From an uncultured Lachnospiraceae bacterium (GTDB taxonomy: Bacteria; Bacillota; Clostridia; Lachnospirales; Lachnospiraceae), in NCBI GenBank assembly GCA_964591105.1, contig CAZPZR010000001.1:4903-68902 (forward strand): a DNA stretch of 64,000 nucleotides. Reading direction: 5' to 3'. Below, in pieces: positions 1 through 8,995 of the stretch; position 1 is the stretch's first letter, and each line of letters opens with the position of its first letter. The position numbers and the translations under genes are program-made. The notes under the pieces were generated by a model that did not search any database, was not told the origin of the DNA, and worked only from the letters and a program-made list of their open reading frames with translations.

Positions 1-5
1 ATGAT

Positions 6-308
6 ATGAGCAAAAAAATCAGGACTGAAGCAGTAGATCATCTGTTTGATGCGGTGTTGAGTCTTCAGAGCAAAGAAGAGTGCTACACATTCTTTGAGGA
101 TATTTGTACCATTAATGAGTTACTTTCACTTTCTCAGAGATTTGAAGTGGCGAAGATGCTGAGAGAAAAGAAGACTTATTTGGAAATCGCGGAAAAGACG
201 GGTGCGTCAACAGCAACCATCAGTCGTGTTAATCGGTCTTTGAACTATGGAAATGATGGATACGATTTAGTATTCAGCAGAATGAACCTGGATATTCCAG
301 AAGAGTAA
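6..308 (+). CDS. YerC/YecD family TrpR-related DNA-binding protein
   Basis: 100-aa ORF. Conserved pattern ECYTFFEDICTINEL..LSQRFEVAKML...YLEIAEKTGASTATISRV is typical of the YerC/YecD TrpR-like family. Confidence 0.75.
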   Translation: MSKKIRTEAVDHLFDAVLSLQSKEECYTFFEDICTINELLSLSQRFEVAKMLREKKTYLEIAEKTGASTATISRVNRSLNYGNDGYDLVFSRMNLDIPEE

Positions 309-334
309 AAATGAATAGAATGTGAATAGAAAAA

Positions 335-368
335 AGAAATAGGACATGTGCCTATTTCTTTTTTTTGT
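335..368. terminator. Bidirectional rho-independent terminator between convergent genes
   Basis: Stem agaaatagg (335-343) pairs with cctatttct (351-359). A-run upstream and T-run downstream. Confidence 0.6.
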
Positions 369-975
369 CTGCTTTTTTTTGATTTGTCGGTTCAGGAAGT
401 TGGTCAATCAACTTCTCAATAATCTGTTTTTTTACATACACATCGAAGCTGAGTGAGCATATGAAAGAGAAAAGCTGCAGATAATCATGATCTTCCTTTG
501 GAGCATCGGCAAAACAGTCAATCGCATGATTGTAAGACTTTGCAATGTCTTTCTGAAGGGAAGTGATTCTGGACTTTTCTAATTCACAGATCTCTTCATA
601 TATAGATGTAATGTCAAAATCGCTATCAGATGAAAAGTATTTTTCCGTAATTGGTGCGAGCAATGTTTCAATATCTTTGATACACAAGATATTTTTAAAA
701 TAGTAGATAAAAATCATAACTAAAATGTGCTCGCTGGAATACTTCTTCTTTACTGGTGGTGGCAACAGGTTATTCTTCGCATAATTGTTAATCATTGTCT
801 TGGTTAGAATCTTATCTTCAGGATATCGCTTGGTAGACTGAAGATGTTCTTCCATGAAAGTTGTAACCTGATCCATATAGAGATCAATATTTGGAATTTC
901 TCCTGGCTTTATATAATCAATTCGCTCAATACTTTTTAGAATACTATTTAAAATATCTTTTGTGTCAATCGTCAT
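352..975 (-). CDS. DUF1836 domain-containing protein
   Basis: 207-aa ORF with motifs LYMDQVTTFMEEHL and LTKTMINNYAKNNLLPPPVKKKYS, typical of DUF1836. Confidence 0.7.
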   Translation of the reverse strand: MTIDTKDILNSILKSIERIDYIKPGEIPNIDLYMDQVTTFMEEHLQSTKRYPEDKILTKTMINNYAKNNLLPPPVKKKYSSEHILVMIFIYYFKNILCIKDIETLLAPITEKYFSSDSDFDITSIYEEICELEKSRITSLQKDIAKSYNHAIDCFADAPKEDHDYLQLFSFICSLSFDVYVKKQIIEKLIDQLPEPTNQKKADKKKK

Positions 976-1142
976 TTTATCACCTCAATGTAACTATTAT
1001 ATAGTATTGAAAACTAGATGACAAGGGGAAAATATTTCTGCAAAAATATTTCTACCAAAAAATTTCTAGAAACATTTCTTAGAAATTGAGAACTTAACAT
1101 TAACTTAGCACACAGATATGTTACAATATTTAAAATGAGAAT

Positions 1143-2582
1143 GTGAAAGGGCGGCTTAGAATCATGAGGGAGAGAGTTGCGCCTGTAATAAAAAATAGTT
1201 TGGTCACAGTGGTGATTTTACTTTTGTCTACGGCGCTTTGTTTTGTATTGCAAAAAATTGCGTCTACGGATACACATGTACCGTTGATTTTCGTGTTGGC
1301 GGTGTTGTTTGTGTCACGATTTACAGATGGATATCGATATGGAGTAATTGCAGCGATGGTTGCGGTGGTAGGAGTGAATTATATTTTCACCTATCCATAT
1401 TTTCAGATTGATTTTACTATTACAGGATATCCAATTACATTTCTTGCGATGTTGGCTGTTGCAATCAGCGTGAGTGCATTGACTACGCAGATTAAAAAGC
1501 AGGAACAGATGCGTCTGGAAGTAGAAAAGGAGAAGATGCGAGCAAATCTTCTGCGGGCGGTGTCTCATGATATTCGTACGCCACTGACATCGATTGCGGG
1601 TTCTGCAGCAGGAATTTTGGATAATCAAGAAGTGCTATCCAGTGAAAAGGTATTGGATCTGGTGAGTAATATTAAGGAAGAAGCAGAGTGGATGGTTCGC
1701 ATGGTAATTGCAGCGATGGTTGCGGTGGTAGGAGTGAATTATATTTTCACCTATCCATATTTTCAGATTGATTTTACTATTACAGGATATCCAATTACAT
1801 TTCTTGCGATGTTGGCTGTTGCAATCAGCGTGAGTGCATTGACTACGCAGATTAAAAAGCAGGAACAGATGCGTCTGGAAGTAGAAAAGGAGAAGATGCG
1901 AGCAAATCTTCTGCGGGCGGTGTCTCATGATATTCGTACGCCACTGACATCGATTGCGGGTTCTGCAGCAGGAATTTTGGATAATCAAGAAGTGCTATCC
2001 AGTGAAAAGGTATTGGATCTGGTGAGTAATATTAAGGAAGAAGCAGAGTGGATGGTTCGCATGGTGGAAAATTTGTTATCGATTACCCGTATGAATACGG
2101 AAAATGCGAAGATAGACACTCGCGAGGAGTTGGTTGAGGAAGTTGTTAGCGGTTCTGTTGTGAAGTTTCAGAAGCGTTTTCCGGAAATTCAGGTCGTTGC
2201 CAACATTCCGGATGAAGTGCTTTTGGTACCGATGGATGTCATTTTGATTGAACAGGTGATTGTAAATCTGATGGAAAATTCCGTAGTTCATGGACGCGCA
2301 ACAGAAATCCAGATTTTAGTAGAACGAAAGAAGAGGGAAATTGTATTTCGAGTCAAAGATAATGGCTCCGGAATTGAACCGGAGGTTCTGCCACATATGT
2401 TCGACGGATCCATTGGAAGTAGTGCAGGAGAACCGGGAGACAGTAAGAGAAATATGGGAATTGGCTTATCCGTGTGCAAGAGCATCGTGAAGGCTCATAA
2501 GGGAAATATGCAGGCAGCAAATAATAAAGAAGGCGGAGCAAGCGTTTCATTTACCATCCCGTTTGAGGGAGAGGAAAGTTAG
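1143..2582 (+). CDS. Sensor histidine kinase resembling the C-terminal half of KdpD (DUF4118 TM region + HisKA + HATPase_c), carrying an internal 120-codon tandem duplication
   Basis: The ORF starts at GTG 1143; ATG 1164 is also possible. It has TM helices, the H-box SHDIRTPL (present twice), and ATPase boxes NLMENSVVHG, DNGSGI, GIGLSV. A KdpE-like regulator follows 12 nt downstream. Confidence 0.85.
   Translation: MKGRLRIMRERVAPVIKNSLVTVVILLLSTALCFVLQKIASTDTHVPLIFVLAVLFVSRFTDGYRYGVIAAMVAVVGVNYIFTYPYFQIDFTITGYPITFLAMLAVAISVSALTTQIKKQEQMRLEVEKEKMRANLLRAVSHDIRTPLTSIAGSAAGILDNQEVLSSEKVLDLVSNIKEEAEWMVRMVIAAMVAVVGVNYIFTYPYFQIDFTITGYPITFLAMLAVAISVSALTTQIKKQEQMRLEVEKEKMRANLLRAVSHDIRTPLTSIAGSAAGILDNQEVLSSEKVLDLVSNIKEEAEWMVRMVENLLSITRMNTENAKIDTREELVEEVVSGSVVKFQKRFPEIQVVANIPDEVLLVPMDVILIEQVIVNLMENSVVHGRATEIQILVERKKREIVFRVKDNGSGIEPEVLPHMFDGSIGSSAGEPGDSKRNMGIGLSVCKSIVKAHKGNMQAANNKEGGASVSFTIPFEGEES
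1344..1703. repeat. Tandem duplication, copy 1 (360 bp)
   Basis: Identical base for base to 1704-2063 by line-by-line comparison. Boundaries are ambiguous by the 2-nt microhomology gt. Confidence 0.95.
1704..2063. repeat. Tandem duplication, copy 2 (360 bp)
   Basis: Identical to 1344-1703. In frame (120 codons: VIAAMVAVVGVNY...EEAEWMVRM). Confidence 0.95.
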
Positions 2583-2593
2583 AGGAGAAAATC

Positions 2594-3298
2594 ATGCAGA
2601 TAAGAGATAAAGTACTGATTGTAGAAGATGACAAAAATATCCGGAATTTTTTAGAAACGATTCTGGAGGCGAATAATTATGATGTAATTGTATCAAAAAC
2701 GGGGATGGAAGCCAGCAGCCTGATTACGTCTCAGTGTCCGGATGTTGTGCTGTTAGACCTGGGACTTCCGGATGTTGACGGGATGAAGATTTTGCGGGAT
2801 GTGCGCAGATGGTCTGATATGCCAATCATTGTAGTGTCTGCAAGAACCCATGAAAGAGACAAAGTTGAGGCGTTGGACATGGGCGCTGATGATTATATTA
2901 CGAAACCATTTGGAACATCAGAGCTTCTTGCAAGAATACGTGCAGCAGTTCGTCATTCCAGAGGAGCAGGTAAGAGCCAAGCATCTCAGACAATGTCTTT
3001 CTTGGGCGGACGACTGGTAGTTGACTATGACAAACATCGTGTCTTTATTGATGGGAATGATGCAGGATTCACACAGAACGAATTTAAACTAATCAGCCTT
3101 CTTGGAAAATATTCTGGAAAGGTATTAACCTATGATTATATGATGAAAGAAATCTGGGGACCGAATGTGAAGAATGATAATCGGATTCTTCGCGTTAATA
3201 TGGCAAATATGCGCCGAAAAATTGAACAAAATCCAGCACAGCCGGAATTTATCTTTACGGAAATCGGTGTTGGTTATCGAATTGTGGAAGCAGACTAA
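2594..3298 (+). CDS. OmpR-family response regulator, KdpE-like
   Basis: Receiver domain (LIVEDD, DLGLPDVDG, KPF) plus a winged-helix C-terminus (GVGYR). Overall similarity to KdpE. No kdpFABC genes are in the window. Confidence 0.85.
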   Translation: MQIRDKVLIVEDDKNIRNFLETILEANNYDVIVSKTGMEASSLITSQCPDVVLLDLGLPDVDGMKILRDVRRWSDMPIIVVSARTHERDKVEALDMGADDYITKPFGTSELLARIRAAVRHSRGAGKSQASQTMSFLGGRLVVDYDKHRVFIDGNDAGFTQNEFKLISLLGKYSGKVLTYDYMMKEIWGPNVKNDNRILRVNMANMRRKIEQNPAQPEFIFTEIGVGYRIVEAD

Positions 3299-3317
3299 GT
3301 GGTCTGCTTCTTTGCTT
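3287..3317 (+). terminator. Rho-independent terminator after the two-component operon
   Basis: Stem gaagcagac (3287-3295) pairs with gtctgcttc (3302-3310), followed by tttgctt. Confidence 0.55.
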
Positions 3318-3359
3318 AAAATGGAAAATTTAGTTTATAAAATTTTAAAGATTTGATTC

Positions 3360-3387
3360 TTGATATTTTCAGAGTGTGTGCTATAAT
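3360..3387 (+). promoter_or_regulatory. Sigma-70-type promoter with extended -10
   Basis: -35 ttgata (3360-3365), 16-nt spacer ending in tgc, then -10 tataat (3382-3387). Confidence 0.55.
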
Positions 3388-3400
3388 ATAGTTCGCTATC

Positions 3401-3445
3401 AAACAATTCGAAATCGAACAATTCGAGATTGAACAATTATGAGAG
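3401..3445 (+). promoter_or_regulatory. Three 15-bp direct repeats, candidate MarR operator
   Basis: aaacaattcgaaatc / gaacaattcgagatt / gaacaattatgagag lie head to tail between the promoter and the MarR start codon. Confidence 0.5.
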
Positions 3446-3460
3446 TAGGTATTTTGCAAG

Positions 3461-3943
3461 ATGAGAAGTGAAATGAAAATTTGTATGGAAGTGCATAAGC
3501 TGGATTGTCTGCTTGGAAGAACAACAGCTTATTTTGCGCGTGTGGCTGGATTCGATGAGATAACAATGATGCATGGAAGAATCATACGATATCTATATGA
3601 CCATCAAGAACAGAATGTGTTTCAAAAGGACATTGAACAGTTCTTTTCGGTGGGACGATCAACAGTCACGAATATGCTGCAGTTGATGGAGAAGAAGGGA
3701 TATATTCGTCGAGAATCAGTGGACTACGATGCAAGGCTCAAGCGTGTGTGTCTGACAGAAGGCGGAGTGCAGGTTCAAAGAGAGATTGAAAGCATGATCT
3801 GTGATATGGACTCCAGATTGTTGGCAGGAATTGGAGACGAGGAACTGGAAGGATTTCTTCAGGTGATTCATAAAATTGAAAGTAATGCAAGAAAGGAGAG
3901 AAAAGATGATTCGAACGATATTACAACACGTAAAAGAGTATAA
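3461..3943 (+). CDS. MarR family transcriptional regulator
   Basis: Winged-helix core (QKDIEQFFSVGRSTVTNMLQLMEKKGYIRRE...DARLKRVCLTEGG). The start is uncertain; ATGs at 3461, 3473 and 3485 are all possible. Confidence 0.8.
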   Translation: MRSEMKICMEVHKLDCLLGRTTAYFARVAGFDEITMMHGRIIRYLYDHQEQNVFQKDIEQFFSVGRSTVTNMLQLMEKKGYIRRESVDYDARLKRVCLTEGGVQVQREIESMICDMDSRLLAGIGDEELEGFLQVIHKIESNARKERKDDSNDITTRKRV

Positions 3944-5654
3944 GAAGGCATCTTTTGCAACACCAATATTCATGGTGTTGGAAGTCATTATGGAAATGAT
4001 GATTCCATATTTGATGGCGTCAATTATTGACAATGGTGTGAATGCTGGGAATATGCAGCATATCTACAAGGTAGGAGCAGTGATGATTGTTGCAGCAGCA
4101 ATGGGCTTACTGTTTGGAATTCTAGGAGGAAGATATGGAGCAAAGGCTTCTACTGGGTTTGCAAAAAACTTGCGAGAAGCGATGTTTAATAATATTCAGA
4201 CATTTTCTTTTGCCAGCATTGACAAATTCAGTACTGCAGGATTGATTACACGTTTGACAACAGACGTTACATTTATTCAGCATGCATATCAGATGGTACT
4301 TCGTATGTTTGTAAGATCACCAATTAGTTTGATTTGCGCAATGGTGATGGCATTTACAATTAATGCGAGACTTGCAAAGATTTATTTGGTTGCAGTAATC
4401 ATCCTTGGTGTAATCCTGGGATTCATTATGACACATGCGACAAAGTACTTCAAACAGGCATTCCCGAAGATTGATGAGTTGAATGCATCTGTGCAGGAAA
4501 ACGTATCAGCAATCCGTGTAGTTAAAGCATATGTAAGAGAAGAAGAAGAGACAAAGAAATTTAAGAAGGCAAGTGATAACTTGTACAAAATTTTCGTAAA
4601 GGCTGAGAACAACCTTGTTTTCAATGGTCCAGTAATGCAGGTGACAATATACAGCTGTATTTTATTAATTAGCTGGATGGGAGCGAAGATGATCGTAGGT
4701 TCTACACTGACAACAGGAGAACTGATGAGTCTTCTGACTTACTGTATGAACATTCTGATGAACTTGATGATGCTTTCTATGGTATTTGTAATGATTACCA
4801 TGAGTTCTGCAAGTATTCAGCGTGTAGCGGAAGTTTTGAATGAAAAGAGTGAGATTCAGAATCCAGAGCAACCAATCATGAATGTAGAGGATGGAAGTAT
4901 TGAATTTAAACACGTAGATTTTGCATATAAGACTGGCAAGGGAGAATCTGTATTAAAAGATATTGACTTGAAGATTCGCGCTGGAGAAACCATTGGAATT
5001 ATTGGTGGAACTGGAAGTGCGAAGACGAGTCTTGTAAACTTGATCAGCCGTCTCTATGATGTAACATCTGGAGAACTGTTGGTAGGTGGAGTGAATGTAA
5101 AGGATTACGACATGGAGGTGCTTCGTAATCATGTATCTGTAGTACTTCAGAAGAATGTGTTATTCTCTGGAACCATTTTAGAAAACCTCCGTTGGGGAAA
5201 TAAGGATGCAACAGACGAACAGTGTATGGAAGCATGTCGTCTTGCATGCGCAGATGAATTTATTGAACGTTTCCCTAAGAAGTATGAAACATATATTGAG
5301 CAGGGCGGAAGCAACGTGTCTGGTGGACAGAAGCAGAGACTTTGTATTGCGAGAGCATTGCTTAAGAAACCAAAAGTATTGATCCTTGATGACAGTACGA
5401 GTGCGGTGGATACTGCAACAGATGCGAAGATCCGTCGTGCATTTAAGGAAGAGATTCCAGATACAACAAAGCTGATCATTGCACAGCGTATTTCCAGTGT
5501 ACAGGATGCAGATCGTATCATTGTTATGGAAGAAGGATGTATCAATGGATTCGGAACACATGAAGAATTATTAGAAACGAATGAAATTTACCGCGAAGTA
5601 TATGAGTCCCAGACACAGGGCGGCGGTGACTTTGATGAAAAGGCAGGTGAATAA
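3906..5654 (+). CDS. ABC transporter permease/ATP-binding protein, heterodimeric exporter subunit 1
   Basis: Six-TM domain plus an NBD (Walker A GGTGSAKTS, signature VSGGQKQR, Walker B LILDD). The start was moved to ATG 3906, which follows the RBS aaggagag (3893-3900). Confidence 0.85.
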   Translation: MIRTILQHVKEYKKASFATPIFMVLEVIMEMMIPYLMASIIDNGVNAGNMQHIYKVGAVMIVAAAMGLLFGILGGRYGAKASTGFAKNLREAMFNNIQTFSFASIDKFSTAGLITRLTTDVTFIQHAYQMVLRMFVRSPISLICAMVMAFTINARLAKIYLVAVIILGVILGFIMTHATKYFKQAFPKIDELNASVQENVSAIRVVKAYVREEEETKKFKKASDNLYKIFVKAENNLVFNGPVMQVTIYSCILLISWMGAKMIVGSTLTTGELMSLLTYCMNILMNLMMLSMVFVMITMSSASIQRVAEVLNEKSEIQNPEQPIMNVEDGSIEFKHVDFAYKTGKGESVLKDIDLKIRAGETIGIIGGTGSAKTSLVNLISRLYDVTSGELLVGGVNVKDYDMEVLRNHVSVVLQKNVLFSGTILENLRWGNKDATDEQCMEACRLACADEFIERFPKKYETYIEQGGSNVSGGQKQRLCIARALLKKPKVLILDDSTSAVDTATDAKIRRAFKEEIPDTTKLIIAQRISSVQDADRIIVMEEGCINGFGTHEELLETNEIYREVYESQTQGGGDFDEKAGE

Positions 5655-5657
5655 GAG

Positions 5658-7565
5658 ATGCCAGGACCACATGGAAGACCACCAAGAGGTGTAAAACCTC
5701 AGGTGAAGAACCCGGGAAAACTTTTTAAACGACTGATGGCTTATATTTTTCAGACTTACAAAATTCAGTATATCCTTGTATTTGTATTGATTTTTATTTC
5801 TGTAATTGCAAACGTACAGGGAACTTTGTTCATGCAGACGTTGATTGATGATTATATTACACCACTTCTGCTTGCAGATACACCGGACTTTGGACCATTG
5901 AGCTATGCGATTGCAAGAGTTGCATGCTTCTACGCAATTGGTGTACTTGCTGCATTTGCACAGAACAAGATTATGGTATATGTTACACAGGGGGTACAGC
6001 GATCTCTGAGAAATGATTTGTTCACACATATGCAGCAATTACCAATCAAATATTTCGATACACACCCACATGGGGATATCATGTCCGTATATACGAACGA
6101 TATTGACACGTTAAGACAGATGATCAGCCAGAGTATTCCACAGATTGTAAACAGTGGAATTACGATCATCAGTGTATTAGTCAGCATGATTATGTTGAAT
6201 GTGCCATTGACACTTGTAACATTAGTGATGGTTGCACTGATGATGTTCTGTACAAAGAAAACTGCTGAGAAGAGTGGAAAGTATTTTATGCAGCAGCAGA
6301 AGAACCTTGGCCGTGTCAATGGATTTATCGAGGAAATGATGGAAGGGCAGAAGGTTGTTAAGGTATTCTGTCACGAAGAGGAAAATAAAGAAAAGTTTAA
6401 AAAATTGAACGATGAACTTTTTGAAAGTGCAGACAAAGCGAATACATTCTCTAACATGCTTGGCCCAATGAATGCTCAGCTTGGTAACATCAGCTATGTA
6501 ATCTGTGCCATTGTTGGAGGTGCACTTGCACTTGGAAATGTTGGCGGATTTACACTTGGAGGACTGGCAAGTTTCCTTACATTCAATAAGAGTTTCAGCC
6601 AGCCAATCAACCAGGTGAGCCAGCAGTTAAATTCAATCGTTATGGCGATGGCAGGTGCGGAACGTATCTTTACACTTTTGGATGAAGAAGTAGAAAAAGA
6701 CGAAGGATATGTTACACTTGTCAATGCAAGAGAAAAAGAAGATGGAACGCTGGAACCATGCGAAGAACGTACGGGACGTTGGGCATGGAAGCACACACAT
6801 CAGTCCGACGGAACTACAGATTATGTGGAAGTACGTGGTGATGTAGTATTCAATGGAGTTGACTTTGGATATAATGATGACAAGATTGTTCTTCATGATG
6901 TGAAGTTATATGCAAAGCCAGGACAGAAAATTGCATTCGTAGGTTCTACAGGTGCCGGAAAGACAACCATTACAAATCTGATCAATCGTTTCTACGATAT
7001 TCAGGATGGAAAGATTCGCTACGATGGAATTAACATCAATAAGATTAAGAAGTCAGACTTAAGACGTTCGATGGGAATTGTACTCCAGGATACACATTTA
7101 TTTACAGGAACGGTAAAAGAGAATATCCGTTTTGGTAAATTGGATGCAACAGAGGAAGAAATTGTGGCAGCAGCAAAACTGGCGAATGCAGATGGGTTTA
7201 TCCGCAGACTTCCACAGGGATATGACACAATGCTTACTGGAGATGGAGCAAACTTAAGTCAGGGACAGAGACAGCTCCTTGCTATTGCAAGAGCTGCAAT
7301 CGCAGATCCACCAGTTCTGATTCTGGATGAAGCGACAAGTTCTATCGATACTCGTACGGAACGAATCGTTCAGGATGGTACAGACAAATTGATGGCAGGA
7401 AGAACGACATTTGTCATTGCACATAGACTTTCAACAGTACGCAACTCTGACTGCATCATGGTTCTGGAACAGGGAAGAATTATTGAACGAGGAACACATG
7501 AAGAGCTGATTGAAGCAAAAGGAAGATATTATCAGTTATATACAGGAAATTCTATTTCCGCGTAA
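5658..7565 (+). CDS. ABC transporter permease/ATP-binding protein, heterodimeric exporter subunit 2
   Basis: TM domain plus an NBD (GSTGAGKTT, LSQGQRQL, LILDEATS). It starts 4 nt after subunit 1. Confidence 0.85.
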   Translation: MPGPHGRPPRGVKPQVKNPGKLFKRLMAYIFQTYKIQYILVFVLIFISVIANVQGTLFMQTLIDDYITPLLLADTPDFGPLSYAIARVACFYAIGVLAAFAQNKIMVYVTQGVQRSLRNDLFTHMQQLPIKYFDTHPHGDIMSVYTNDIDTLRQMISQSIPQIVNSGITIISVLVSMIMLNVPLTLVTLVMVALMMFCTKKTAEKSGKYFMQQQKNLGRVNGFIEEMMEGQKVVKVFCHEEENKEKFKKLNDELFESADKANTFSNMLGPMNAQLGNISYVICAIVGGALALGNVGGFTLGGLASFLTFNKSFSQPINQVSQQLNSIVMAMAGAERIFTLLDEEVEKDEGYVTLVNAREKEDGTLEPCEERTGRWAWKHTHQSDGTTDYVEVRGDVVFNGVDFGYNDDKIVLHDVKLYAKPGQKIAFVGSTGAGKTTITNLINRFYDIQDGKIRYDGININKIKKSDLRRSMGIVLQDTHLFTGTVKENIRFGKLDATEEEIVAAAKLANADGFIRRLPQGYDTMLTGDGANLSQGQRQLLAIARAAIADPPVLILDEATSSIDTRTERIVQDGTDKLMAGRTTFVIAHRLSTVRNSDCIMVLEQGRIIERGTHEELIEAKGRYYQLYTGNSISA

Positions 7566-7572
7566 GCCAATG

Positions 7573-7618
7573 AAAGCGTCAAAGCGATGGACATTTGTCC
7601 TGAGCTTTGACGCTTTTA
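7573..7618 (+). terminator. Rho-independent terminator
   Basis: 13-bp stem aaagcgtcaaagc (7573-7585) pairs with gctttgacgcttt (7604-7616), followed by a T-run. Confidence 0.7.
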
Positions 7619-7748
7619 CTTCTAAATACTTATAAGAAAGAATTATAAACTGTAAGAAGAAAAACTCTATACATGATGAAAAAACTGGTATATAGTTAAT
7701 AATGGTAAAAAATGAGTTGACGGAAACAAAACGAACTGAGGGCGAAAT

Positions 7749-8516
7749 ATGATAAAAATTAGAGAGATTGTCAGACCTGAGAGTCTGGAAGAAGCGTATG
7801 AACTGAATCAGAAAAGGGCAAATCGTATTTTGGGAGGCATGATGTGGATGCGAATGAGCGATGCACAGATTATGAAAGCCATTGATTTGTCTGGATTGGG
7901 ATTGGACAAGATTGAGGAGACAGAAGAAGAATTTTCTATTGGATGTATGGTTACACTTCGTGAGTTGGAACTTCACGAAGGATTGAACGCAATGTGCGAC
8001 GGACTTATTTGCAAATCCGTAGAAAGTATTGTTGGAGTTCAATTCCGAAACACAGCAACAATTGGGGGTAGCATCTTTGGAAGATTTGGATTTTCAGATG
8101 TGCTGACAGCATTCTTAGTGTTAGATACTTATGTTGAACTGTACAAGGGTGGTATCGTATCACTGGAAGAATTTGCAACTATGAAACGAGACAATGACAT
8201 TTTGGTTCGTGTGATTGTGAAGAAGAAAGCTGGACATGCAGCTTATCAGTCACATCGTAATACAAAGACAGATTTTCCGGTACTTGCAGTTGCTATGTCA
8301 CAGAGCACAGATGGAATTAAGGTTGCCATTGGAGCAAGACCAGCCAAAGCAGTATTGCTGCGTGCGGAAGATTTGAAAGAAGAGACATTGGAACAGTTGG
8401 CAGGAAGCGTTTCTTATGACAGTAATATGCGTGCGTCTGCCCAGTATAGAGAGCATCTGGCAAAAGTCCTGCTGAAAAGGGCAGCTGCAGAACTTCAGGA
8501 AAAGGAGGCAATCTAA
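7749..8516 (+). CDS. Xanthine dehydrogenase family, FAD-binding subunit
   Basis: 255-aa ORF with the molybdopterin-dehydrogenase FAD-binding fold (ILGGMMWMR...TIGGSI). It is the first gene of the three-subunit set. Confidence 0.8.
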   Translation: MIKIREIVRPESLEEAYELNQKRANRILGGMMWMRMSDAQIMKAIDLSGLGLDKIEETEEEFSIGCMVTLRELELHEGLNAMCDGLICKSVESIVGVQFRNTATIGGSIFGRFGFSDVLTAFLVLDTYVELYKGGIVSLEEFATMKRDNDILVRVIVKKKAGHAAYQSHRNTKTDFPVLAVAMSQSTDGIKVAIGARPAKAVLLRAEDLKEETLEQLAGSVSYDSNMRASAQYREHLAKVLLKRAAAELQEKEAI

Positions 8517-8518
8517 GG

Positions 8519-8995
8519 ATGATCGTAACAATTGAGTTAAATGGAAAGAAAATTATCGAAGATGTAAAGGCAGATCAGACGTTGTATCAGTTTGTAAGAG
8601 ATCATGGATGCTACAGTGTGAAGTGTGGATGTGAGACAACAAACTGCGGATTGTGTACTGTTTTCTTAGATGAAAAGCCAGTGTTATCCTGTTCTGTTTT
8701 GACAGCACGAGCAGATGGGAAAAAAGTAGATACATTGGAAGGACTTCAGAAAGAAGCAGAAGAATTTGGAACATTTATTGCAAATCAGGGAGCTGAACAG
8801 TGTGGATTCTGTAATCCGGGAATGATCATGAATGCAATTGCACTGTTCCGTGAAATAGAAGATCCATCGGACGAAGAGATTAAGAAATATTTGGCAGGAA
8901 ATTTGTGCCGCTGTTCTGGATACGAAGGACAGATGCGAGGAATTAAAGACTTTATAGAATATAAGAAGCAGGGAGGAGCAGCATGGGCGAAGTAG
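8519..8995 (+). CDS. Xanthine dehydrogenase family, (2Fe-2S)-binding small subunit
   Basis: Cysteine motifs CGCETTNCGLCTV and CGFCNPGMIM...CRCSGY. Confidence 0.9.
   Translation: MIVTIELNGKKIIEDVKADQTLYQFVRDHGCYSVKCGCETTNCGLCTVFLDEKPVLSCSVLTARADGKKVDTLEGLQKEAEEFGTFIANQGAEQCGFCNPGMIMNAIALFREIEDPSDEEIKKYLAGNLCRCSGYEGQMRGIKDFIEYKKQGGAAWAK

Noticed and set aside
1314-1988. Two minus-strand ORFs (1314-1628 and 1635-1988) with identical N-termini.
   Set aside because: They are antisense to the histidine kinase. They are identical only because they lie in the 360-bp duplication, and their Cys/Arg/His-rich composition is typical of antisense frames.
7619-7748. A Moco riboswitch upstream of the hydroxylase operon (also checked upstream of modA, moaC and the moeA-like gene).
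   Set aside because: No GC-rich conserved Moco-motif stems were visible. Most of these genes have little or no intergenic space. This needs an Rfam/Infernal scan to exclude formally.
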